A stretch of DNA of 64,000 nt from Vermamoeba vermiformis (Eukaryota): assembly GCA_045837725.1 (NCBI GenBank), contig JBEWZL010000278.1:1-64000 (forward strand). Direction: 5' to 3'. Both the position numbers and the translations under genes were made by a program. Under the pieces are notes generated by a model. That model saw only the letters and a program-made list of their open reading frames with translations. It did not search any database and was not told where the DNA came from. Shown here piece by piece: positions 13,546 through 25,148 of this stretch (position 1 is the stretch's first letter; every line of letters begins with the position of its first letter).

Positions 13546-16362
13546 TTATGCGTGTTCAGGTTCGGCAATTGCAATGCACTCAGCACCTTCTTGCTTGAAC
13601 ATGATGTGCTTCACTCTAAAGTTGTCCAGTTGCTTCGGCTTAATCACGGCACCATGACACAAGAAGACAAAGCCAGTTGGTACTTCGATATCCTTGGTCA
13701 TTATCTCTTCAAGTTGACGCAACGTCATTGACTTTTCCACAATACAAGCGCCGAGGGACGACTTGTCCTTGTTGTTCAACACTACCAACGGAAACTGGTC
13801 CTTTAAAAATATCCGCATTAGCTTTCGTGAGTGCTGTTAAGTGTCACTTACGGAGGCCAGATCCGATGCTGTCAAGTCAGAAAGTACGAGGTCAGTCACG
13901 ACAATTGTGTCTTGGTTCACGAGGCAGGCTACAATTGCGGTGTTAGCTTCCTCTAGGAATGGCACAGGAGTGTTTTGAGGCTTCAAGAATTGAAAGCCTT
14001 TAAGTTCGATCTCTTCTTCAATAAGTTTTCTGAGGTCTGACAATGTGACGTGCTTCGGCTCGACCAGTACAGCACCCTCAGGCTTGCCATCCTTGATGAT
14101 AGTAAGAGTGTCGGGTACTGTCAAGTCAATGTCAACAGGGACTTGTTGAAGGGTTTTGGAGGCAGCACGTGGTATGACTGTGACGGTCCAGTAGCTGTAA
14201 GTGTTGTCTGATTTCGCGACACGTGTCAATGCAGTGCATTCTTCAGCGTTAACGGGAGTTTCAGACGCTTGTTGGTTGACAAAGACGAAGTCCTTGAGGC
14301 TCGGAATGCACTGCAAAATTCTTTCACGAATGACGTCTAATGTCGTCTCTGAGGCCCCATCAAAAGTAGCCGTTCCAATTACATCGCCTTTGGTATCTTC
14401 AACGATAATGTGCTTCTTCAAGTCGTTGGCGATCTTGGTGTTAGCAAATTGAATGGCAGCATGGAACGCGTTGAGTGCCAGCTTCTCACGGACCCACTCT
14501 GGTTTAGAATATTGACCAGTGTAGTTCATGACGGGGAAGATGTTTGTTAGCGGTATCTTCGTTCGAGTGCTGAACTCTTGGATGTGAGAGTCGATAATAC
14601 CAGTGTCAAAAATTGCTTCAAGTTTGCCGGTAATATCTGCTTCCGGAACCAAGTCAGGCTTAGTAAGAATCACAATGGGTTGGTATCCTTTGCTTGTCAT
14701 TCTGCCAACAATACGATTAATTTGATGACGATTAATTTGATGTGAAAAAATAAGGCAAAGATTTGAAACTCTTACTTGGCGAAGAATTTCTTCAACTCGT
14801 CAATGTGCGAATCCGTATAGATTGACGGCATTTCGTAGACAATGATTACTGCATGAACGCGATCACCGACAGTAGGCTCCTTGTTAAGCGATTTGAGCAG
14901 GTCTGAGTTCTCTTTGTAGCCGTCTCTGAGTGCGCCGTCAAGGAAAAACTCAAGCTCCTGGGACCACGAGTCACCACCTTTCCAGCCATACGTGTCGCAT
15001 AGTCTAATGGCGTTATTGCGATTGTTCTTCAAGAAACGTTTTCTGATCTCCAAGGTCACCGTCGTGATGTCGCTCTTGGTCAGTTGAGGCTCGTCATAAG
15101 ATCCGTTCATGATCGACCAGATGGTGTTGAAGAAGGCGGACTTGCCGTTGCCAATACGACCGAGAAGGGCAATGTTCAAGTAATCAATGCCAAAGTGCTT
15201 AAGCTCCGAGGGAACAGCGTAACATTCGAGCTTTTCGACCATTTTCCGAACTCTGTCTGGAAGATCTCGTCCTTGCAAAACAGCCGTTTCGGGATTTTCT
15301 GCAGTTGAAAATATTAATTGACTGTTTACGAAAACAAATGAATAGCTTGTTTTTACCTCGTAAAGTACGAATCTCAGTCACTTCTGACCAGCCAGTAACA
15401 GCAGTGCCATTGATTGCTTTGCCTCGAAGACTGTAAACGGAATTCGGCTCCAATCCAGTTGCGTAAAAGACATTCGACTCGGCAAATCCAAATGGAGTCC
15501 ATTTGTTGCTATTCTCCCGCAAGATTTCAATATCAACCCTTGTAAAGGGAGTGCTTGACACTATGTCAAACGATGCTTGTTTCGAACTGCGCGTTCGAGG
15601 GTTGATCTCAGGGGGACATCCTGGCTTGACGGACAGATACGAGACGACAAGACTCATCTCGCTAAAGTCATTGACGAAGATTGCGTGATCTGAGAGGGCC
15701 ATGACAGCTGTCTCGGTGTTGCCGCTTAAACCAACTCCGATCGAGATCAACGTGATATTTTTCTGCAGAAAACAGAAATTGTGTTATTTTTCAAAGTTCC
15801 GTGAAATTCACAACGTACCTGGGTCAAATTCGCTTGGATGGCTTGCGCACCGCTGACGTCGCCGTCAGTCATCAGCACAATAGTCTTGTGGCAATTGTTT
15901 CTATCATCAGCAGCGAACATATTGATACATGTTGTTAAAGCCAAGCCTGCGTTGGTCCCTCCTCTTCTTTGTGGTGTTGAAACAACGGCTGTGTTGAAAG
16001 CTAGTGCATCAGCAGTCAAGTGGCTAATCACGTAGACTCCGTTGTCAAATTGAAGCTATGGATATGAAGATATTAAGCAATATAATGAACTATAATAAGG
16101 CATTCTTACTCCTCCAACGCGGTAACTTGGATCCTCAACATTTTTCAGGCCTAAGTAGTTGACCAAAGTTCGGATGCAGAACTTCATCGTCTCCCATTGA
16201 TGAACTTGGACCGAACCCGAGCCATCCACCGCCTGAATATCATATAAGTACGAATGTCGAACTTCGCATACAACTTACAAATAAGATATCTTGCGGAGTA
16301 GCAAGGCCAGTGAATGCTCTCTGCAGTAGATCCGCTTTTTGCTCAACGGTAAGTCTGTTCAT
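13546..16362 (-). CDS. VWA - FN3 - IFI44-like P-loop GTPase - three ubiquitin-like repeats; left member of head-to-head pair 2
   Basis: VWA MIDAS DILFAVDGSGS, GGTN and VLMTDG. FN3 GLEPNSVYSLR..N...WS. GTPase G1 LLGRIGNGKS, G3 LCDTYG, DRVHAVIIV, G4 ILTKPD and IFPVMNY, as in the IFI44 family. Three C-terminal repeats of pattern G...TL..(I/L)R..I...F.F(L/V). Confidence 0.8.
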
Positions 16363-16436
16363 GCTAATCTACTAGGCTTAAATAAGTAGGGTGGTTGTAT
16401 TTAATACGTTGTGTTGTAATAGATCTTCGCGATTAA

Positions 16437-16713
16437 GTTGCAATAGAATAAGATTGAAATTGTTTTTAAAGTTGACTTTTTCCAACACGGCGAGGACTGC
16501 ACGTTTTTCATTTCAACTTTCACAGTTCACAAAAATGGGTTTTCGTCTATTGAAATTATACCGTGTTGATTTGGGTCTTGCACAACCGTTTGTTTGATCG
16601 TTTTTGATTTGCCGTGTTGAAATTTGTCACAATTCTCCAACACGGCGTGTTAGAAACTTTCATTTGGAAATATCGAACTAAGTTTCAATTAAACCTGTGT
16701 CAACACGGCAGAA
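16437..16713. promoter_or_regulatory. Duplicated intergenic element, copy 2; putative bidirectional promoter with clustered AACACGG motifs
   Basis: Homologous to 9611-9876. Motifs at 16484, 16561, 16612, 16639 and 16702, plus one more at 16734. Lies between divergent starts 16362(-) and 16790(+). Confidence 0.75.
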
Positions 16714-16789
16714 AATCATTCAATTGATTCATCAACACGGTAGGCGATTAAAGGTCTCAAAGTTTTAAACTGAAAAGAAGCAACAAACA

Positions 16790-17758
16790 ATGGCTGAGCA
16801 ACCGATTGAAACTACCCCTGTAGCGCCGCAAGACGAGTCTTCTAAAGCAAAAGAATTTGTACAATTATGGGTAGCAGAATCCTATACTTTGAACAGCAAT
16901 GACCTCACTACGTTCACTCTAGAATCGATAATCAAATATATGCATAATGGTTCTCGTTCGTACTTACAAAAAGTACCGGATCTAGAAAAATCTATTAAAG
17001 AAAATGCAAGGATGAAAGGCGAATTGAAAAGAAAGCAAGACTCCTTGCACGATAAACTAAACCGCATCGCTAAGGAGGTGGCTCTTATTGAAGAAGACGC
17101 AAATTCGTGCCAATCACAAGCAATTTCTAAGTGCAACGAAATTGACCGAAAAATTCAAGAGCAAAAAAACGAGTACGAAGAGAAATTACGCAAGGAAAAG
17201 ACGAAGCAGTTAGAAGAGGTCAAAAGACAAACAGAGCACTTGTATCGAGCTATGAAATGCGAGCAAATGAAGATGCTCGATCAATATCAAGAACAAATTG
17301 TGCAGGAAGAGAAGGAATGGCAAAACCTCGTTAAGTTAAGCGAATCCAAGAAAAAATGGCGCTCAATGGCCGAATTTAACATACCAGAGCGAGAAAGAGC
17401 AGATCAAATTAATGTGGAACGAAATAACGTTGAATTTAAATTGATCGTAACGGAATCGGAAGAGATCCTGGACGAAATAAAAATGCCAGAACTTACAGTA
17501 AAAGCCGAGGAGCCAGTCATAGCACCAGTGAAGTACATCAGTGTTAAGACCAAATCGGACGGTCAGCTGGTTGCCACAGTAGCCGTCAATCAGAGCGAAT
17601 TGTCAAGTTTGAAACTGGCCGGATTTAGAGCTCTCGCCAATGAGTTGCCGACCGACTTCACATTTCTATTCAAAGGAGCACCAATACGGCTTGGACAAGA
17701 ATCGAAATTTGCGTTGAAGCAGGTGCTGGATGGAGATAACGTTTGGATCAAGAACTGA
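16790..17758 (+). CDS. Intronless coiled-coil protein with C-terminal ubiquitin-like domain; right member of pair 2
   Basis: 322-aa ORF with a long E/K/Q-rich coiled coil. The C-terminal ISVKTKSDGQLVATVAV...LPTDFTFLFKGAPIRLGQESKF resembles repeat 3 of the partner (VPTGFVFLCHGAVIKPKQLDNF). Confidence 0.85.
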   Translation: MAEQPIETTPVAPQDESSKAKEFVQLWVAESYTLNSNDLTTFTLESIIKYMHNGSRSYLQKVPDLEKSIKENARMKGELKRKQDSLHDKLNRIAKEVALIEEDANSCQSQAISKCNEIDRKIQEQKNEYEEKLRKEKTKQLEEVKRQTEHLYRAMKCEQMKMLDQYQEQIVQEEKEWQNLVKLSESKKKWRSMAEFNIPERERADQINVERNNVEFKLIVTESEEILDEIKMPELTVKAEEPVIAPVKYISVKTKSDGQLVATVAVNQSELSSLKLAGFRALANELPTDFTFLFKGAPIRLGQESKFALKQVLDGDNVWIKN

Positions 17759-18236
17759 TCAAATTATTTTTAATTAATTGCAGCCAAAAATTTAAAAATT
17801 ATAAAGAGTAGCTGAATTATATTAGAGTACACTTGGTTATCATACCAAAAATAAAATCCGAGCTAACGGTACCTTTGATTAATTTTTGGAGCAAATCTCG
17901 AAGCTATCTGTTCTTTGAACGCGTACGTATAGCCCTTAACGTATTGCAGCGTATGCAGTGTATTTGGCTCGAAAAGTCAAAGCTTGCGCTGCTTGTTTAG
18001 TCTAAGCTTGTGGTTCTGAACATCGCTTGAAAAGCAGCAGTTGCCTTTTGCTCGCAACTACCCGGATCGTCATGCAGAGGTAATTAGCCAAACGAACGTG
18101 CGTTCTAACTCGCATGTTTTGCGAGAACAGTAAGAAATGGCATACCCGTTGATTAATTTTGGTAATTTTGACCGAACAAGAATTTGCAAAGGCGCCAATT
18201 TTATTCTCATCACCTACAACTTATTGTACACAACAA

Positions 18237-20179
18237 ATGGGTAAGAAAATCTTATCTTGTTCTAAAATTAATTAGAAACAACGTAAAATTATCAGTCCAC
18301 TCAAGTCCTACCTTTTGGATAACAAGAGCTGACCTTTTTTTTAAAATTATTCAACTTTTAAAATTATTCCTGCAGCTGATTTTAATATGCATCGGTTTAC
18401 TGCAGAGTCTTGGAATATTTTAGAAATTTTACCGCCGGAAGTAATGATTCTGGTATTTTCGAATCTGGAGCCTGAAGATATCGTATCATCCTTATCGGTT
18501 AGCAAGCTATGGAATGCATTACATAATGGATTTAATTGGAAAGAAGCATTTAAAGTTACTTTTGGAGAGTTACCAGAGTCGGTGGATCTTTCTCAAAAAT
18601 TAAATTGGCGAAAACTCGTATGATTGCTAATTCACAATACGCCTTAGATATATTATTAATTATTTTTATTCAAAATAGTTTTTCGACTGCAAAACTCTGT
18701 CGTCGCTCACCAAATCCAGGAGGAAATTTAAGCCGCTCCTCGTTTCTTTCGGCAATCCTAAGAAAACGATACCATTTAGCGTTGAATTGATGACGAAAGA
18801 CAATGTTCTTTACAAACATAATGACGGATTTTATTTGATTGATCTACGGTAAGAAATTCATCGGAGTTGATATTACGTAAACGACGTAGGAAATTAATTG
18901 GTACGTACATTTTTAGAGCATTAAAAGATGACCCGTCAATTTCCAAGGAGAAACTTATACCCTCAACGGCAGTACTGCCCTGGATCAAGGGTTTTTTCCA
19001 TTACAATACAACCAATCCTATTATCAAATTTTCTGGGAGTATTAAGTTAAGCTATCCAGGTTATTATCGAAATGTTTTTCTATTCTGGAACTTTAAAAAA
19101 GGAAGCAAAGCCCTGAATAGTATTATTTTGCCTTCCTCTTTTCCAGAAAGAGTTCACTCATACACGTCCCATCATTACGTCAATTCCAAATATTTTCTCG
19201 TAAGTAACTGATCTAACGCTTACGGATTATAATTATTAATTACCATCTTTGTTAGTGGAAGTGTCGTCAGTATGGATGCTTAATCGATACAACTAAGAGG
19301 TGCTATCATTATTGTAACTTTGAAAAACGAGGACAAACTTACGAACGAGAAAATTACCCAAGTGTCTGCGAGAACAAGGAGTACATTCTAATAATTATAT
19401 ATTATATTATTATTAACGTTTAATTTATTTACAGGAAGTGCGCAGTAATTGAAACTTGGGACGATTACGATTGGTATCCGTTTCTAAGCGAACAAGATCC
19501 GGATCTCATCGTTGGCATTCGAGTTAACAAAGATAAACAATACGAGCTAGTACAATCGCGTATCGGACAACAAAAAAACGTACAAGTGCTCTCTCAAGCT
19601 TCGGGATCTGCCATAATCCAGGTCGGATCCGAACACGTAATTAAGTCAAGAAGAAAGATCGTACGGCATTGGTTCTCGTTTGAAATCAACGCAGATCTAT
19701 ATTTTATCGACTTAATGGATACTAGTCGCAAAATTAAGATGTCGCTAGATATGTACGACTGGATCCCAAACGAAAGTAAGCAAAAATTTAAAAACTAAGA
19801 ATTCGAGATTAATTTTGACGGTCGATAGGCAAAGTAATATTGTGGAAGAAGAATATTATAATCATGTATGATTTAGAAAATGCTCTGAGGTGTTCCAAGA
19901 TGACCTTCAAAGATTCGGTCCTTGATTTTTCAATATTGCCTAGCCACGGTTTTATTGCTGTTCTGGAAGCCAATCGCAAATACGTTACGGTAAGCTTTTA
20001 ATACGACAATTTAATATGAAGGTTGTTTCTAAGCCGTTTTATAGATTTGTCATTTGGAAACAGCTATGAAAGGGCGATCGATTGACGTTTCAGAATACAA
20101 GCCTACTAAGATTACATTAGTCTCGGAAAAGCTGTTATTTATAACAAACGGCAGAGATTTACATTACTTGCCATTGTAA
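18237..20179 (+). CDS. F-box protein with beta-rich (possibly propeller) C-terminus
   Basis: M/ESWNILEILPPEVMILVFSNLEPEDIVSSLSVSKLWN is an F-box. Multi-exon; the last exon ends ...DLHYLPL* at 20179. Confidence 0.8.
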
Positions 20180-20370
20180 TTATACTATAAAACAACTTTA
20201 CGGCGTTATCCGTTTTCAATGCTGAAACTTATTTTAAAACTATTCAATGCTCAAGCCTTACACGATATAATTAGCATCTAATTTTAGTGGTTAGCAGTCA
20301 ACAAAAGTCAAAGGTAACGACGTAAAAATGCGGAAGTTTGTGAACTCGTTTGAACCAGGGCCGAATAGTA

Positions 20371-21461
20371 ATGTACACGCTGCCCCGACTGCCAAATATT
20401 CCATCTAATTATCCTAACGAATGGCCACAGTTCGGAGATTACGATGAGGAACAGATCGAGTTGCGCATCAAGTTCGTGCTCGAAAATAAGTTAATGAGCC
20501 AAGAGGACTTGTTTGGTAGCTTAGCACAAACAGACGATGTTAAAGGTAACACTTGCAAATTACAAAAAAATGCTGGAAGCTTAATCTGCTTCCATTTTTT
20601 TCGGATTTGGCAACCAATATCACCAAAAAATTCTATAATATTATGAAAAAATACACGACATATCGAGTATTAATATTTTTATATAGTTGGTCACCAAGCA
20701 CCCTCAGCAAGAGTTGTTAAATTAGATGGCGCGGAAATTGACATTCGCACTTTGCTCCACCCTTCAAAATTAACTGTATTGAACTTCGGTTCATATACCT
20801 GACCTCCGTTTCGACGTGCTCTCCATAAGGTACGATATATACTCTCTACAACAATTTTTTTTCAGCGCCGTCTCGGTACAGTGCTTGTTTTATACGAGTA
20901 GATCCGTCTAATCATGTTTTAGGTGATCGAAATTTGCAGAAAATATTCTTCATCCTTGGAATTGATTCACGTCTACATTATGGAGGCGCATCCAACTGGT
21001 AAGCCAGATCCTCTTCGTTTGATGGATCTTACTAATTCCGTCTAGACGGCTGGCAGCTGCCCGACAATGAGCACGATGGTGTTTGCTATCGTCAGCCACA
21101 ATCTATAAATGAGCGCATTCAAGTTTGCAAGCAATTCATAGCGGATTTCAAGCTCGAAAATGAAAATTTCGTTGTAGACGCCATTGATAACAATACGGAA
21201 GCAGGTCAGTTATATGTCAAATAGAAACTATAAAGGCGGTATTAACGCCGGCGTATATTTTAGCTTACGAAGCAAGACCAGAGAGAATTTACGGTACGCG
21301 AACACATCCGCCTCAATAATCCTTTTGCTAATTGGTTGAATCTAGTTATAGAAGGTGACACGATTATATTCAAATCATTGCTTGGACCCTACGGCTACGA
21401 TACCAAGCGTTTTGAAGCGTTCTTAAGGACACATCCGAAAATCAAACCGGAACAACAGTAA
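20371..21461 (+). CDS. Iodothyronine deiodinase-like selenoprotein (in-frame TGA = Sec at 20800-20802), 6 exons
   Basis: GHQAP...VLNFGSYT(TGA)PPF matches the deiodinase NFGSxTUPPF active site. The frame continues past the TGA into VYIMEAHPTDGW, VDAIDN, YEARPERIYV and GPYGY. True stop TAA at 21459-21461. Confidence 0.93.
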
Positions 21462-21490
21462 GCGTTCTATTCTGCGATGATATGAATGAC

Positions 21491-21578
21491 GATCAAATAC
21501 GACTATGATCCTTAAATTGGTCAAAGATTCAAAATATCAGCTTATTTAGGAGGAGAAATATTTTACCGTACATTGATT
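21491..21578 (+). promoter_or_regulatory. Candidate SECIS element in the 3' UTR of the deiodinase-like gene
   Basis: Hand-folded: lower helix GATCAA-A-TACG/CGTA-CA-TTGATT, ATGA core at 21505 opposite GGAG at 21552, upper helix CTTAAAT/ATTTAGG, apical AAA at 21523 and a GAT/ATC mini-stem. An overlapping alternative fold uses the ATGA at 21486. Confidence 0.55.
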
Positions 21579-22046
21579 CTCTTTTTCATGACTCGAGAAT
21601 AAAAGCGCTGGAATTAACTTAAATGATACCGCAAGTTAATGATTTCTATATTTTCTAAGCATGGGGTATTGTTTCGTGTGGATTGGACTTGTGGGTTTTT
21701 AAATTCAGCTTCACCTTTAAAGATTCTGCACCAATTTAATTTCGGTGCAATTCCTTGCGTATCTTTTAGATAAAGTACACTTTTATTCCGGTTCGGTTAA
21801 TTAAATAAATAATCCAGGTTTTTTGCTCTGGATAAAAAGGCAAGTTAATTATCGTTTGGAAATTGTATTATATACTACTAAAGGACTTATACGGAGAGTC
21901 TTTGCAAACATGAGCTATGCGAATACTTATTTGGTTTAAAGTTTTGTACGTAACTGTCAAATCAATCAGTTTTGTGAATAAAAAATCAGCTGCGTAATTT
22001 TGATTTAATTAATTTGTAATTTACGTTTCGAATTGCGCCAACACAA

Positions 22047-24664
22047 ATGAAAAGTTCTCGCATATTTTTTGTCGCTTTGGCACTCTTTTCGATTATTTCC
22101 GTCGCTCATCTGGCTGGAACTGTTAGCTGGACCGGCGTTAATTTAGCTGGCGCGGAGTTTGGTAGGATTTTTTACAGTATATCGCATTAATTAACTAACG
22201 AATATTATTTATACGTTAAGATTCTTCCGCTGTTTGGCCCACTACTGCAGATATGGATTATTTTGCATCAAAAGGGATGAATATTTTCCGAATCCCTTTC
22301 AAGTGGGAGAGATTACAGCCCAGCCTTGGCGGAGCATTCGATTCTACTTATTTGGGTCAATTAGATTCCATCGTGACTTACGCTACTAATAAGGGTGTTT
22401 ACATTCTTTTGGATGTGCACAAGTACGTTCTAACGGCGCCAAACTGACTCCAATTATAGTATATTAATGTAGAATTCTATTTTAATAGTTATGCACGATA
22501 TAATTCCGTTCCAATCGGCGGCGGTCTGTCAAACGAGAATTTTGCGGATTTATGGACCAGATTAGCCACCAAATACAAAGACAACGCGAGAGTAGTATGT
22601 AAACAAATACTGCTAAATTTTATTTTGTTTTGGATGTACTCAAATAAGCCTAATCGTATTAACTAACCCCGAACGTAGTTGTTTGGCCTTATGAACGAAC
22701 CTAACACGATGCCAAATATGTAAGATAATTAATTTAACGGTAATATTTAATTCCTACGGGCTATCTAACTTGTTTTGTCAAAAAGTAATTGGAAAAACGG
22801 AGCCCAAGCAGCAGTGAACGCGATCCGAGCAACTGGTGCAACGAACTACATCTTGCTTCCAGGTAATACTAGCGCTATAAATATGTACTTCCAAACATCT
22901 TCTAAACAATATGATAGGCAATGGTTGGACTGGAGCTCACTCGTGGTTGCAGACTTGGTACGATAAGGATGCCAGCTCGCCATCCTCCAACGCCGACACT
23001 ATGATTCAAGTGACTGATTCAGCCAACAAAATGATCTTCGAAGTGCATCAGTACTTTGGTAAGCTTTTATGGAGACGTACAGTCATCTCTAGTCACATCT
23101 AGCGGTCATTTTAAGAAAATTTGAAGTTCTTACCGGATACTGGTTCTTTTCTGAATAATATCAGAATTCGGGAATTAGTGCTAATTAAATTTAATTTAGA
23201 CAATGGCTATAGCGGAACATCACCCGATTGTCTTGCCCCGACTGTCGGTATGTCGATTTGTATGAGGTAAAAAGATTTCTTACTGAATAATTTGCTTTAT
23301 CGCAGGAAGCGACAAGCTCGTCGACTTCACCAATTGGTTGCGCCAGAACAACAGAAAGGGTTTCTTGGGCGAGTTCGGTGGATCTGAAAGCACGAACTGC
23401 TTTTCAGCCTTGACTGATGCTTTGCAATACATGCAAGATAACAACGACGTTTGGTACGCGTACTCAATGAGTCATATATACGATTCTAATGTATATGTAT
23501 TTTTAGGGTTGGTTGGACTTACTGGGCTGCTGGTACGATCTTTTTGACATTTTGACACTTTTTGTTGACACGTGTCATTTGACCAACAATTTGCAGGTAA
23601 TGCATGGCCAAGCGATTACATCTACACCCTTCAACCAAAGAACAATTATCAAACTGATCGTCCTCAACTTGCGTACATTCAACCGTTCATTTCTCAAAAC
23701 ACGGATGTCTCGATCCCGATGGCACCATTCTCCATTCCGCCTCAAACCCCTATTTCTCCTCAAACCCCAACTTCTTCCAGCTCGAACTCATGCACGGGTG
23801 GAAACTCGTTGATAGTTTTTGACGACGCTTTACAAAACGGTTTTGAAAACTGGTAAGATCCACTGTTATTTCATGCGAATCAAATTCTCAAGGTTTTTTA
23901 TTATAGGAGCTGGGCTACTGATATGAACTTAGCCGACACCTCGTTGGTGCACAGCGGCTCAAAGTCTGTCAGTTTCGTCCCGCAAAACTACCAAGCCTTG
24001 TTCTTTGCCGTGTCCAGCAGCACTTTCTCAACATCGTCCTACAGCGGAGTTGAGTTCTATATCAATGGCTCTCCTAATGGTAATATATAATCGTGACCTA
24101 TCAGTTGAACGGTGTACTTACGGTTTATACAGGTGGTCAGCAGATCCGTGTCGGGTTCAGAAAAGTCAAGGACACCGAATACGGTACTCCTACTTACGTG
24201 AACGTTAACAACTACATTGACGGTTCTTCAATTGGCAACACTTGGAAGCGAGTCTACGTGCCGTTCTCAGCAATGAACATTGGTACTGGTGATAGCCTCA
24301 TGTCAATGACCATTCAAGCCGTAAGTGAAACTAGTATGCTACACTGATATGTCAGATCGACTAATTTATACGTAAATCTAGGATATTCAAGCTGCTCAAG
24401 CCAGAGTATACGTTGATGATATCAAGTTGATTTGTGATGGTAAGTTCACACTGACTAAATTTATCGAGAAGCGAAATTGGTACTTACGAATTATTTTTTG
24501 CGGAACCAGCCTCTAGCCAAACTCCATCATCGTCTCAATCTCAAAGCCCTTCGTCGACCTCACCATCGAAATCACCTTCTGCTGGACTTTCATCCAGTGC
24601 AACGTCACTTGTTGCGGTATCGATTTACAGTGTAATTGCTGCAATTCTTGTCTTTGTGCATTAG
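22047..24664 (+). CDS. GH5 endoglucanase (GH5_5-like) + CBM8-like module + Ser/Pro stalk + GPI/TM tail, copy 1
   Basis: Signal peptide, [28 protein letters not shown], acid/base LMNEP, FEVHQYFD, nucleophile FLGEFG and WTYWAAG. CBM8-like [14 protein letters not shown]...VEFYING. Hydrophobic C-terminus. Confidence 0.9.
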
Positions 24665-25148
24665 TAGTCCGAACAATAAAATTTATTTAATTTGATATCG
24701 CGAATGATTCTCTTTTACGGGTATTTAATATTTATTACTACGCCAACCGGCTGTCAAAAAAGATACGGAAATAAAATTATCGCAATGATTTGCACGTCAG
24801 TTTTCGAGTACAAAACAGAAATTCTTCCGGATTACCGAATCACGAAATCTGTTAAACTAAACTTGCTGTTTTACAATGGAATGACATTATCTTTCGGTTT
24901 AGAACAGAAGTGTTAGAATTGGTTGGATCTTGGTTCCTCACCTACGTTTTCGCTCGAAGCCACAGCACGGTATAATACTCCGAAGAACAAGAATGTATAT
25001 GAACTCGCAAGATTGCTCCTGTGAGATAGTTTGCAAAACGGTTTGACACGTGTCAGAGTGTCAGATTAATCATTGTGTAATTTGTGACAAAATAAAACGA
25101 AAATCTTTATTAGTCAATCTTTTTAAGCTTCGCAGCTATCAACAACAC

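Noticed and set aside
16503-16525. TTTCATTTCAACTTTC resembling an interferon-stimulated response element next to an IFI44-like gene
   Set aside because: Imperfect match, common in AT-rich DNA, and IRF factors are not expected in this kind of organism.
9611-16713. Duplicated intergenic element interpreted as a MITE or CRISPR-like array
   Set aside because: No terminal inverted repeats or target-site duplications are visible, and the motifs are only 7-9 bp, in both orientations and irregularly spaced. A transposon origin is not fully excluded.
20800-20802. TGA as a nonsense mutation or alternative genetic code
   Set aside because: It sits at the known Sec position with intact downstream exons, and TGA serves as a normal stop elsewhere (e.g. 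17756-17758, 8232-8234).
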